Assembly: GCA_902760965.1 (NCBI GenBank)
Contig: CACWIN010000008.1
Span: 9,454-73,453 of the forward strand
DNA from: an uncultured Bacteroidales bacterium
GTDB lineage: Bacteria; Bacteroidota; Bacteroidia; Bacteroidales; Bacteroidaceae
Reading direction: 5' to 3'
Length of the DNA: 64,000 nt
This document shows, in pieces, positions 1 to 8,935 of the stretch; position 1 is the first letter of the stretch; each line of letters begins with the position of its first letter. Position numbers and translations under genes: made by a program. Under the pieces are notes generated by a model, which was given only the letters and a program-made list of their open reading frames with translations, was not told where the DNA came from and ran no database searches.

Positions 1-512
1 CTTCATAGAAAAAATGTATCAATTATATTCTTGTTACAAATGTATCAACAAAATTCAAATTACACAATACACAAATGTAAATTACAATATTGCATTACAA
101 ATGTAAATTAGACACAATTGTTTCATCTGTATAACATAGATAATAAATAAGCCTCAAATTGGCAGCCCATATCGTTTTAAAATGATTTGGGATGATTGCG
201 TAAATGATTGGGAAACATGGTGTTATTAATGAATATTACAGCGCTTTGCGCCTGTTTTCCCGATTATGCAAAATTTGCCAGCCTATCCCGCACAAAAGAG
301 TTAACTTTAGTCTATTATATAGCTTATTATCAGCAATATATAATCAGCATTGCTTTTTGTATTCGATTTTGCATATTTTCAGCGACATGACAGGATCACC
401 ATATAGACCTGCGTTGACGCAGTAACATATGTAACTAAAACTGTCATTTTACACCCTGAAACATCTGTATACAAAGGGGTGATTTTTACAAATGTAATAG
501 TTAATAAAAATT

Positions 513-537
513 AAAGGCTACCTTTGGGGCAGCCTTT
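513..537 (-). terminator. stem-loop downstream of holA (putative intrinsic terminator)
   Basis: AAAGGCT (513-519) pairs with AGCCTTT (531-537). On the minus strand it is followed by AATTTTTATT. It lies about 70 nt past the holA stop. Confidence 0.35.
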
Positions 538-605
538 AAAACTCGTAATCGCTGAGATTTTAAAATTTGGAACAAATCCCTACATCGGGCCGGAATTTTG
601 AATTT

Positions 606-1652
606 TTAGTGAAGGATTAAATACAGCAACTCTTTCAGCAATCCCTCCCCCGAATTTGCCGTAGCGTCAACACCTTTTGATTTGGCGTCGTATCGGCGTA
701 TGGTATTGATTATATTCATTGTCTGTGTGGCTGTATAGTTGCGCATACCTGTTACATACTCCCTCACTCCCCAGGTACTCTTTAGGTCAAGCTGGTCGGC
801 AATTCCACGGTCCGTCTTGTCTGGAGCATAAAAAGCCAGCATTAGATTGGCAAAATACGGAAAAATAGTAGCGGTAACCAACTGCATGGGATATGCCTTG
901 GGATTGCTTTCGTAATATGCCGCAATCTTATTTGCCTTAAGAACGTTCTTGTTTACAATAGCGTCGCGGAATTCAAATATATTGTAATCCTTACTTATTC
1001 CCACATGTTCCTCTATAAACTCCGGAGTAATCTCCTTTGTGCCTTGCGGAAGAGCTGTGACAAGTTTTTCAAGTTCTCCGTTCATACGGCACAGGTCGGC
1101 TCCGACAAATTCGCTCATCATGGATATTCCTTTGGCCGACATCTTGAGTCCACGTTCATTCAGGAACTCCTCAACAAACTGAGGCAGATCCTCATCCTTT
1201 ACTTTCTTGGATTCAAACAGCACTCCTGCCTTATCAATGACAGCCACAATCTTTTTTCGGCCGTCCAGTTTACCGTTCTTGTGGCAAAATACCAGAATGG
1301 TGCTCAGCTGAGGCTGCTTAAGATATGCATTGAGTATATCCGATGCACTCCCGCCCGATTCGGAATCCCTCTTCATCAGATGCTGAGCCTCCTTGACTAT
1401 TATCACCTGACGTTCGGCTCCCATAGGATATGCCCTGGCACGCTGCACCACCTCGTTCATGGTAGTCTCATTGCCATAGAGTACAATCTGGTTAAAATCA
1501 CGCGCCTCTTCCGGGAGTGCGTGTTCCCTGATATAATCAGATATTGAGTCAATAAAAAACGCCTCGTCGCCCATAAGATAATATATGGGCTTATATATTC
1601 CGTTTTCCAGTTCCTGAATTATCTGACGGTATGCTGTTCCTGATGTTGCCAT
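606..1652 (-). CDS. holA: DNA polymerase III subunit delta
   Basis: 348-aa ORF. Length and the N-terminal block IYKPIYYLMGDEAFFID...IVLYG...IIVKEAQ are typical of HolA clamp-loader delta. Assigned by eye. Confidence 0.8.
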   Translation of the reverse strand: MATSGTAYRQIIQELENGIYKPIYYLMGDEAFFIDSISDYIREHALPEEARDFNQIVLYGNETTMNEVVQRARAYPMGAERQVIIVKEAQHLMKRDSESGGSASDILNAYLKQPQLSTILVFCHKNGKLDGRKKIVAVIDKAGVLFESKKVKDEDLPQFVEEFLNERGLKMSAKGISMMSEFVGADLCRMNGELEKLVTALPQGTKEITPEFIEEHVGISKDYNIFEFRDAIVNKNVLKANKIAAYYESNPKAYPMQLVTATIFPYFANLMLAFYAPDKTDRGIADQLDLKSTWGVREYVTGMRNYTATQTMNIINTIRRYDAKSKGVDATANSGEGLLKELLYLILH

Positions 1653-1698
1653 TTTAAATCCTTATTATTAACTTAGCCGATTAGTGAATAACAAAGAT

Positions 1699-2151
1699 AT
1701 GACTGATAATTTGAATTTGCCACCATTTGAGCCTAAAATATCCGAACAGGCAGGAAAAAACTTTGTTTGGGACCCCATTCGCAAGATATGGACTCCCCTC
1801 ACGCCAGAGGAACAGGTACGTCAGGCATTTGTGTCATATCTTATTAATTATAAAGGATTTCCGGCATCACATATAGCCAATGAACAGGCCATAGAACTTA
1901 ACGGAATGAGCCGCCGCTGCGACAGTGTCATATATGACAAGTCCGGCGCACCAAAAATCATCATAGAATACAAGCGACCCACCGTTTCAATTACCCAGAA
2001 AGTCTTTAATCAGATAAGCAGGTATAACCTGGTACTTCACGTAGATTACCTGATAATAACAAACGGCTTAAAACACTACTGTGTAAAAATGGAATATCCC
2101 ACAGGAAAGTTCTCATTCCTGCAGGATATTCCAAACTATTCTGATCTTTAA
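1699..2151 (+). CDS. type I restriction enzyme HsdR N-terminal domain-like small protein
   Basis: ORF 1684-2151 starts at GTG, and the first ATG is at 1699. About 150 aa with a RRCDSVIYD...IIIEYKRP core resembling the HSDR_N (PD-(D/E)xK-like) domain. This protein is commonly found next to holA in Bacteroidales. Confidence 0.55.
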   Translation: MTDNLNLPPFEPKISEQAGKNFVWDPIRKIWTPLTPEEQVRQAFVSYLINYKGFPASHIANEQAIELNGMSRRCDSVIYDKSGAPKIIIEYKRPTVSITQKVFNQISRYNLVLHVDYLIITNGLKHYCVKMEYPTGKFSFLQDIPNYSDL

Positions 2152-2158
2152 AAATAGT

Positions 2159-2219
2159 GCCAAAGGGGACGGTTCCGTTTGGCTCGTTTTTAACAAATGA
2201 GCCAAACGGAACCGTCCCC
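2159..2219. repeat. inverted-repeat hairpin (bidirectional terminator candidate) sharing the CAAAGGGGACGGTTC core with the 98-bp repeats
   Basis: The arm GCCAAAGGGGACGGTTCCGTTTGGCTC (2159-2185) is followed by a 13-nt spacer and then GAGCCAAACGGAACCGTCCCC (2199-2219), its reverse complement. It sits between convergent genes ending at 2151 and 2227. Confidence 0.7.
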
Positions 2220-2226
2220 AATGGTA

Positions 2227-3054
2227 TTAATCTTCTTCGGCAGCAGCTGCCTTGCGAGTGCGGCGCTTGGGAGCCTCAACCGGCTTGGGTTCCTCCTTTA
2301 CACCAGCCAGCTCGGGATCTATCATGATGCGTCCGCAATATTCGCAAACAATGATTTTTTTGCGCATGCGGATGTCCAGCTGACGCTGTGGCGGAATCTT
2401 ATTGAAGCAACCACCGCAAGACTCACGCTGTACATAAACAATACCCAGACCGTTGCGGGTGTTGTTGCGGATACGCTTGAACGACTGGAGCAGACGTGGT
2501 TCAATATTAAGCTCAAGAGTCTTGCACTTTTCACGGAGTCTCTCCTCCTCCTGACGGTTCTCCTCAATGATCTCCTGAAGCTCAGATCTTTTTACCTCAA
2601 GATCCTGCTGCTTTTCGGCAACAAGAGCACGGTTGTTCTCAATCTCCTCTTTCTTTGCGTTGATGGCTGAATTGTATTCACGGATGTGCTTTTCGGCCAA
2701 CTCAACCTCAAGGTTCTTGAACTCAATCTCCTTGTTCAGAGAATCAAACTCACGGTTGTTGCTTACGTGATCCTGCTGCTCCTGATATCTGGCAATCTGT
2801 GCCTTTGAAACTTCGATGGAGTTCTTGTTCTCGGTTACACTCTTGCTCATCTCTACAACATCGGCACTGGCCTTTTCAATACGGGTGGTCAGGCCGGCAA
2901 TCTCGTCCTCAAGGTCCTGAACCTCAAGAGGCAGTTCACCGCGCAATGTCTTGATCTTGTCTATCTCGGTCAGCATGGTCTGCAGCTGAAACAGAGACTG
3001 GAGTTTTTCCTCAACCGAATACTCCGACGGGTCTTTCTTAATGTTTGTTGCCAT
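2227..3054 (-). CDS. coiled-coil zinc-ribbon protein (COG1579/DUF164-like), usual partner of Nif3
   Basis: 275-aa ORF with a long heptad-rich E/K/L region and a C-terminal CGGC...CEYCGR zinc ribbon. It lies immediately downstream of the Nif3 gene on the same strand. Confidence 0.7.
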   Translation of the reverse strand: MATNIKKDPSEYSVEEKLQSLFQLQTMLTEIDKIKTLRGELPLEVQDLEDEIAGLTTRIEKASADVVEMSKSVTENKNSIEVSKAQIARYQEQQDHVSNNREFDSLNKEIEFKNLEVELAEKHIREYNSAINAKKEEIENNRALVAEKQQDLEVKRSELQEIIEENRQEEERLREKCKTLELNIEPRLLQSFKRIRNNTRNGLGIVYVQRESCGGCFNKIPPQRQLDIRMRKKIIVCEYCGRIMIDPELAGVKEEPKPVEAPKRRTRKAAAAEED

Positions 3055-3076
3055 AATTGTATTGTTTGTATTTAGT

Positions 3077-3880
3077 TTATCCTATGTAATAATTAATGGG
3101 ATTTGTCTTGTTTGCGGTCTTGATTACATCAAGTCCGGGGAACGAATCCTTCAGTATATCATAAATAAGGTCTACAGTAAACTGTTCGCTCTCAAAATGG
3201 CCGGCCTCAATCAGTTTTATTACGCCGTCATATCCAAAGAACCTGTGATACCCTATCTCACCGGTCATGAATGCATCGGCACCTGCCTGTACCGCTTTAT
3301 CAGTAAGGAAGGAACCGGCACCTCCGCATACAGCCATACGTTTTACAGAACGTCCCAACTCTCCGTTATGCCTTATGCAGGTAACGCCAAACTTATCCTT
3401 TATAAGGGCCAGTAACTGCTGCTCAGTGACAGGTTCCTTAAACAGGCCTATTACGCCTGCACCGTTTCCGTCAGGTTGCTCATCGAGCGTTTTTACATCC
3501 TGAAGACCCAAAATCTGTGCAATACGCATATTTACGCCCTTGGATGCGTTATCCAGGTTTGTATGACTGGCATAGATTGTTACTCCAGCCTTGACGGCAT
3601 CCATAACAATACTGCCAATAGGATCATCGGTAAGCTTTTTAAGCGGACGGAAAAGCAGCGGATGGTGCGAAACAATCAGGTTGCATCCGTTCCTTATGGC
3701 CTCATCAACAACCTGACGGGTCACGTCCAGACACAATAAAACCCCTGAAACTTCGGTCTCTGTAGTTCCAACCTGCAAGCCTGAATTGTCATAATGCAAG
3801 CCTGAATTGTCATAATCATCCTGCAGTGGCAGAGGCGCGAATCTCTCAAGGGCATCAATTACCTTCTTGATTTTCATCAC
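3077..3880 (-). CDS. Nif3-like dinuclear metal centre protein (GTP cyclohydrolase 1 type 2 homologue)
   Basis: 267-aa ORF. Blocks LIVSHHPLLF, YASHTNLD and GEIGYH are typical of the NIF3 family. Confidence 0.85.
   Translation of the reverse strand: MMKIKKVIDALERFAPLPLQDDYDNSGLHYDNSGLQVGTTETEVSGVLLCLDVTRQVVDEAIRNGCNLIVSHHPLLFRPLKKLTDDPIGSIVMDAVKAGVTIYASHTNLDNASKGVNMRIAQILGLQDVKTLDEQPDGNGAGVIGLFKEPVTEQQLLALIKDKFGVTCIRHNGELGRSVKRMAVCGGAGSFLTDKAVQAGADAFMTGEIGYHRFFGYDGVIKLIEAGHFESEQFTVDLIYDILKDSFPGLDVIKTANKTNPINYYIG
3775..3816. repeat. perfect 21-bp tandem duplication inside the Nif3 gene
   Basis: GCAAGCCTGAATTGTCATAAT occurs twice back to back (3775-3795 and 3796-3816). In frame this gives DNSGLHY-DNSGLQ in the protein. 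Confidence 0.95.
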
Positions 3881-3929
3881 CTTTTATATGTGCCGCAAAG
3901 GTAATATATTATATTGACATTTTAAAATT

Positions 3930-5060
3930 TTATTTTTCCCTGTCCATCCATTCCTTGACCGAATATCCGGTATGCTTTTTAAAGGCTACGCCAAATGTAC
4001 TGTAGCTGTGATATCCGCTCTGGAATGCCAGTTCCGATGCCGTAATGTTTGATGATGAGGCTAAAGCCTGGCGATACAGCCTTATGAAATGCTCTATACG
4101 AAGCTGATTAATATATGTGTTATAGTTTGTCCCCTGCTGGGCAAAATAGTTACTCAGATATGTTCTGTTGGTGCCGATGGAGGCCGCCAACTGCTGAAGC
4201 GAAAGGTCATGCTCCAGATACAGTTGCGAGGATTCACATTTCTGCTTGAGCAAAGCGCCTATCTTGACATATACATTCGTGTTGGCCGATTCCTCAACCT
4301 GTTCCGCCTGTTCACCCTGATCTTCCGGAACCTCAATTTCAGTCTGCTGAACAACCGGGGCTTCGGTCTCCAAAGGTTGAAGTGTTTCTACGCGCCACAC
4401 AAGGAATACAATAATTATCAATGTGTTAACCTGCGTAGAATATTCAATCAACAGACTCCCGTCATTGGAATTGTAGATTATATATACAATCAGGGTTATT
4501 GACAAAAAGACAAGACTCTGCCAAACCTCCTTATGCTCCAGATCCGCATAGTTCTCATGCAACCATTTACCGTATTTCCGGACTTTATCCACATACAACA
4601 ATACGAACATGGCGCATAGTCCCAAACAATAATATGTAGAATATAAAATACAATGCTCAGAGTGTGCCACAATACCCCATACGCATATTATAAGCATTGG
4701 AACCACCGAGACTGCTACAGGCCACAACGCTCTGCGCTTGTCCTGTAACATGCGCACCAGCACGCACATCATGAGTGGTATGAATGTCATCCTGTCAAGC
4801 GAAACAGCAATTATGTTACGGACCAGACGGTCATCGGCCAGGATATTAATGCCCAGTACCACCCACCAGATATGACTCAATGCAACCGATGCAAAAAAGG
4901 CTGCCGTCCACATACGCAGTTCTTTTACGGGTTTGTTTTGGGGATTGAACATATTGCCTTTACTGAACAGCAAATACAGATAAGCAACGATTGCCAGCAT
5001 GGCCGCTCCGCCGTAAAGCATCAAATAGGAGATTTCCTGAAGACCCTGATGATTGTACAT
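3930..5060 (-). CDS. membrane-anchored AraC-family transcriptional regulator
   Basis: 376 aa. The N-terminal roughly 220 aa form several hydrophobic segments. An acidic linker (ETEAPVVQQTEIEVPEDQGEQAEQVEE) follows, then an AraC HTH (LSLQQLAASIGTNRTYLSNYF...AFQSGYHSYSTFGVAFKKHTGYS). Confidence 0.75.
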   Translation of the reverse strand: MYNHQGLQEISYLMLYGGAAMLAIVAYLYLLFSKGNMFNPQNKPVKELRMWTAAFFASVALSHIWWVVLGINILADDRLVRNIIAVSLDRMTFIPLMMCVLVRMLQDKRRALWPVAVSVVPMLIICVWGIVAHSEHCILYSTYYCLGLCAMFVLLYVDKVRKYGKWLHENYADLEHKEVWQSLVFLSITLIVYIIYNSNDGSLLIEYSTQVNTLIIIVFLVWRVETLQPLETEAPVVQQTEIEVPEDQGEQAEQVEESANTNVYVKIGALLKQKCESSQLYLEHDLSLQQLAASIGTNRTYLSNYFAQQGTNYNTYINQLRIEHFIRLYRQALASSSNITASELAFQSGYHSYSTFGVAFKKHTGYSVKEWMDREK

Positions 5061-5220
5061 TTTATTTAATTATTATTTGCGGTTTGAAATTACTCATCTT
5101 TTCAAAGCGGACAATCATCATAGAGTTGCAGAAATAACAATTTTGTTTTATAATCTACAAAATCACTCTGCGCCGTGATATTCCCAAGCTATTCATTGCG
5201 CACTAAAAAAATTTTAGGAC

Positions 5221-6420
5221 TCAAATGAGCCCTAAAATTACCTTATAACTATGGACCTCATCGGGATCCCCCAGTTCCTTGCCCGGAGTATCGGACAGTT
5301 TTACGCAGCGGTATACATGCTGGCGGGGGTTAACCTGGAAGGTCTTTAGTTTCATTACAATGTTGAGCGGCTCAACCGTACCCACATCGTTTGTCAGGTT
5401 GGTACCTATGCCGAACGACACCTTTATCCTACCTTCAAAGTACTTCTGGATGGCCAGAGCGCGGTCAAAATCAAGCGCATCGCTGAATACGATTGACTTT
5501 GTCATGGGGTCTATATGGTATGACTCGTATTTGGCAATAATCTTGTCACCAAACTCAAACGGATCACCGCTGTCATGACGTACGCCGTCATACAGCTTTG
5601 CCATATCGAGTGAGAAATTACGCAGGAATACACGTGTGGTAAAGCAGTCCGGCAGCATGGTACCCATGTTTCCGCCGTAAATCTCGGCCCAGTGGCGCAT
5701 CACGTAGTAATTGGCCTCTTTAGGGCCCATGAATGCGGCCGTAGCCATCATAAGCTCATGCGCCATTGTGCCAATAGGTTTAAGGTCCGGACGGATTGAC
5801 TGGTATTTCATTGCAAAATATACAGTCGATGAGCCTATGAAATACTTGGCGTGACGGGTCAGATACTCGGTTACATGATCCTCAACCTCATGTGAATAGC
5901 GGCGGCGCATACCAAAATTGGCAAACTTGAGCTTGTTGTCATTTGATATGGCAATCTTCTTTTCCAGCTGGCTGTCTATGAAATCCCAATCCGGCTCAGT
6001 CTTTTCGTAGGTACGGTAATATACCTCCGATACTGTGCTAAGAATGGGGATTTCATAAAGGGTAACCTTATATATAAGGTCTGTAGCCTCAATATGCAGG
6101 TGTCCCTCCTCATCAAGCGAGATCTTTATGATATCGGGGTTGAACCTGAACCCCATGAGCCACTCAAAATAGCACTGGGGTATAAAATAGATATTATCAT
6201 GGCACCAACGGAACTCCTCCTCCGTCAGGGCAAGCGTGGATAGTTTCCTGAACTCGCTTTTTAGTAGGTCCACAAACTCTTGGGTGAACTTCTGGCCATT
6301 GCGGTCAGTGAAACTAAACGTACCTATTCCCTCGGGGGTTGTACGCTGGTAATAGTATGACATGGAGAACTTGTAAAGGTCGTTCTCAAGCATACTGATT
6401 ACAGTGGTGTCATTATCCAT
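5221..6420 (-). CDS. pncB: nicotinate phosphoribosyltransferase
   Basis: 399 aa. The N-terminal LENDLYKFSM and the internal GTMAHE and SDALD-type blocks are typical of PncB. Confidence 0.85.
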   Translation of the reverse strand: MDNDTTVISMLENDLYKFSMSYYYQRTTPEGIGTFSFTDRNGQKFTQEFVDLLKSEFRKLSTLALTEEEFRWCHDNIYFIPQCYFEWLMGFRFNPDIIKISLDEEGHLHIEATDLIYKVTLYEIPILSTVSEVYYRTYEKTEPDWDFIDSQLEKKIAISNDNKLKFANFGMRRRYSHEVEDHVTEYLTRHAKYFIGSSTVYFAMKYQSIRPDLKPIGTMAHELMMATAAFMGPKEANYYVMRHWAEIYGGNMGTMLPDCFTTRVFLRNFSLDMAKLYDGVRHDSGDPFEFGDKIIAKYESYHIDPMTKSIVFSDALDFDRALAIQKYFEGRIKVSFGIGTNLTNDVGTVEPLNIVMKLKTFQVNPRQHVYRCVKLSDTPGKELGDPDEVHSYKVILGLI

Positions 6421-6427
6421 AATATCC

Positions 6428-7066
6428 TTATTTATAAATCTTTATGTTGTTCTTGTTCATGTAGGTTACCAGCGGATCTACTGTCTCTATGCTGGCTACT
6501 CCCTCCAGATAAACAGAGAGTTCAAAACCTACCTCCTTGCTCAAGCGTACAAGATTCTTTAAGGTCTCAAGAACGCAGTACTCGGCAGCAATACCGCATA
6601 CTACAACATTGTCGCCCTTTACAAACAGGTCCTGGTTGTTGCCCTTTGTATTTTCAAACTGTCCGTACTCCTCCTTGTCCTGAGCCTGGCCTTTGGGCAG
6701 GAAACGTACGTTATCTATATCCAGATTATCCAGAATGCCGTCAGGCAGAGCTGCGCCTACGGTATAGCGTACGCAGTGCTGCGGCCATATTCCGCCGTTA
6801 GCCTTGAATGAGCAGTGGTTCCATGGGTGCCAGTCAAGTGTAAAATATACCTTGTCAAACTTGGTAAGAACACTCTTTACGGGCTCCACAACGCGTGTTC
6901 CATCGGTTGCAGGAAGATTGCCGTCAATGAAATCCTTTTGCAGGTCCACAACGACCATAATGTTTGCGGGTTCACGATTTGTCATAGCACTCTGATTCTT
7001 GTTTCCGCCACAAGCTGCCAACAGGACTGCAGCCATTACAGTGGCAATGATTTTAGTCAGTTTCAT
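6428..7066 (-). CDS. pncA: nicotinamidase / isochorismatase-family hydrolase with lipoprotein signal peptide
   Basis: 212 aa. VVVDLQKDF, TLDWHP and VVCGIAAEYCV are isochorismatase/PncA signatures. The N-terminus MKLTKIIATVMAAVLLAAC is a lipobox signal. The gene is 7 nt upstream of pncB in an operon. Confidence 0.75.
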   Translation of the reverse strand: MKLTKIIATVMAAVLLAACGGNKNQSAMTNREPANIMVVVDLQKDFIDGNLPATDGTRVVEPVKSVLTKFDKVYFTLDWHPWNHCSFKANGGIWPQHCVRYTVGAALPDGILDNLDIDNVRFLPKGQAQDKEEYGQFENTKGNNQDLFVKGDNVVVCGIAAEYCVLETLKNLVRLSKEVGFELSVYLEGVASIETVDPLVTYMNKNNIKIYK

Positions 7067-7102
7067 CTCTTAATAATAAATTCTTAATTCAAGGTGCAAA
7101 AT

Positions 7103-7128
7103 TACATAAAATCTGCCGTTTTTATGTA
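7103..7128. promoter_or_regulatory. 9-bp inverted repeat (operator candidate) in the divergent pncA / OMP-DMT promoter region
   Basis: TACATAAAA (7103-7111), an 8-nt spacer, then TTTTATGTA (7120-7128). It abuts the -7 box at 7127-7134. Confidence 0.3.
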
Positions 7129-7134
7129 TGTTTG
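7127..7134 (+). promoter_or_regulatory. Bacteroides-type -7 promoter box (TAnnTTTG)
   Basis: TATGTTTG is an exact match, 32 nt upstream of the ATG at 7166. Confidence 0.45.
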
Positions 7135-7165
7135 CAATAATATGTAATAAATCACTAAAAAGGAT

Positions 7166-8002
7166 ATGAAAAGAGTTTTATGCATTGTAGCCTTAGCTAC
7201 CGTTACATTGTCTGCTCTTGGCCAAAGCGCAGGAATCAAGAACCGTTATACTGACCCCGAAATTGGTTCTACAGTTTTTATTGAGAAGGGCAACCGGGCC
7301 ATAAACCTGATTGGCGGATACCGCAGTATAAAAGCCGGTGGCGATGCTACGGGCGACGGATACTCCATTCTTTCCCTGCTGAACATAGGCGAAGGAGAAT
7401 ATATAAACTACAGCATATCACCAAGTATTTCATTTTTCATTAAAGACGATCTCTCGGTAGACTTTCGTCTTGAATACAGCGGTTACAAACTTAACGCCGA
7501 TATAAGAGCCGATTTGCGTGAGGTTCTCAATCTGGGAGCAATAGATGACGAGGAAGAGCGCCAGGAGGTAGGCGATCTTCTTAATATCCACCTGTTTGGT
7601 CGCCACATGTCACGCCAATCATGGGGAACAGCAATAGCACTTAGACGGTACATGTCGTTCTTTGGCAGCAAAACCATAGGTGTTTTTGGCGAAGCCCGCA
7701 TGTACGGCGAGTATGGTAAGATTGAATCATACCCATTAAAGGGTGGCGTAGACAACACTAGCAAGCGCCGTGATTCGGATGTGTGGTCAGCGGGACTTAA
7801 GTTGGGTGCCGGTATTTGTGTAAAACTGCGTGACAACAGCGCCATTACATTAAGTATTCCTTTGTTGGGAGCAACCTACAGCTACACATCACAGCACAAG
7901 GTTAAGACCGACAGCAACGCACATCTGTCGCAATTCAACATATCACGTGACATTGACTATCTGGCAATCCAGATTGGCTACTCTCTCTATCTGAAAAAAT
8001 AA
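7166..8002 (+). CDS. outer-membrane beta-barrel protein, function unknown
   Basis: 278 aa with signal peptide MKRVLCIVALATVTLSALGQ. Alternating amphipathic strands run throughout. Confidence 0.5.
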   Translation: MKRVLCIVALATVTLSALGQSAGIKNRYTDPEIGSTVFIEKGNRAINLIGGYRSIKAGGDATGDGYSILSLLNIGEGEYINYSISPSISFFIKDDLSVDFRLEYSGYKLNADIRADLREVLNLGAIDDEEERQEVGDLLNIHLFGRHMSRQSWGTAIALRRYMSFFGSKTIGVFGEARMYGEYGKIESYPLKGGVDNTSKRRDSDVWSAGLKLGAGICVKLRDNSAITLSIPLLGATYSYTSQHKVKTDSNAHLSQFNISRDIDYLAIQIGYSLYLKK

Positions 8003-8013
8003 AACTCACCAAT

Positions 8014-8928
8014 ATGGCTATAACCGGAATTATATTTCTGATCATTGCGACCGTTCTGACCGCAATGTTCTCAATCGTATTCAAGATCTTTCACCGCAAA
8101 GACATTGATGCAAACCAGGCAATATTCTTCAATTACCTGACAGCGTTTGTCCTGGGAGTACTCTTCTCCCTGCATGGTGGAGCTGTTGTAAACCCATTTA
8201 AAGCCGATTGGCTGATTGACGTTATCATCCTTGGGTTCATCTTCATGGCCGGCATGGTAATGCTTTCCGCCTCGACACGTCGTGTTGGTGTTGCAATATC
8301 CACAGTATGCAGCCGTGCATCGATGGTAATCCCGATCATAGTGTCATACATGTTCATCCAAGGCAGTGCCAAGCCCAAGTGGCTGCTCATTTGCCTGGTC
8401 CTGGTCGCAATGACCCTTACCATCTGGACCGATAAACCCGAAGGAGGTCACAAATACACTCTTTTGGATATACTGGCACCCATCACCGTATTTCTTATGT
8501 TCGGCGCCAGCAATGCATACTTAAAGGTTCTGCAGCACCGTGTAACAGTAAAAGATACTGCAGCCGGCCTTTCGGATCAGGTAATCAACAGCGAGATATC
8601 GCTGGTAACCGCATCAGTATTCTTAGTGGCAACACTCATGTGCATATACTCATTCTTCAGGAAAGGAGAGGACGGCAAGCGTTCTCCCCTGCTACTCAAG
8701 AACGTCATTGGAGGCGTTATACTGGGTTTTGTGAACTATTTCTGCACTTTTACCCTGATGCTTTCCATGAAGTATATTGATTCATCAATACTGTTCCCCA
8801 TTCACAACATCGGTATAGTTGCGATAGGTGCACTTGTAGGAGTATTTGCATTCAAGGAAAAAATGAGACCGCATCAAGTAATAGGTATGGTACTCGCTGC
8901 GGTCTCTATTGCCCTGCTTTGTCTGTAA
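8014..8928 (+). CDS. 10-TM inner-membrane protein, DMT/EamA-like transporter
   Basis: 304 aa, almost entirely hydrophobic segments in two roughly 150-aa halves. It starts 12 nt after the OMP gene. Confidence 0.5.
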   Translation: MAITGIIFLIIATVLTAMFSIVFKIFHRKDIDANQAIFFNYLTAFVLGVLFSLHGGAVVNPFKADWLIDVIILGFIFMAGMVMLSASTRRVGVAISTVCSRASMVIPIIVSYMFIQGSAKPKWLLICLVLVAMTLTIWTDKPEGGHKYTLLDILAPITVFLMFGASNAYLKVLQHRVTVKDTAAGLSDQVINSEISLVTASVFLVATLMCIYSFFRKGEDGKRSPLLLKNVIGGVILGFVNYFCTFTLMLSMKYIDSSILFPIHNIGIVAIGALVGVFAFKEKMRPHQVIGMVLAAVSIALLCL

Positions 8929-8935
8929 GACAAGA

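Noticed and set aside
204-425. Two overlapping 60-73 aa ORFs in the AT-rich region upstream of holA
   Set aside because: There is no recognisable domain and the composition is odd (rich in C, Y, I, F and L, as expected when AT-rich DNA is translated). The reading frames overlap and no promoter or start context is evident. I treat them as non-coding.
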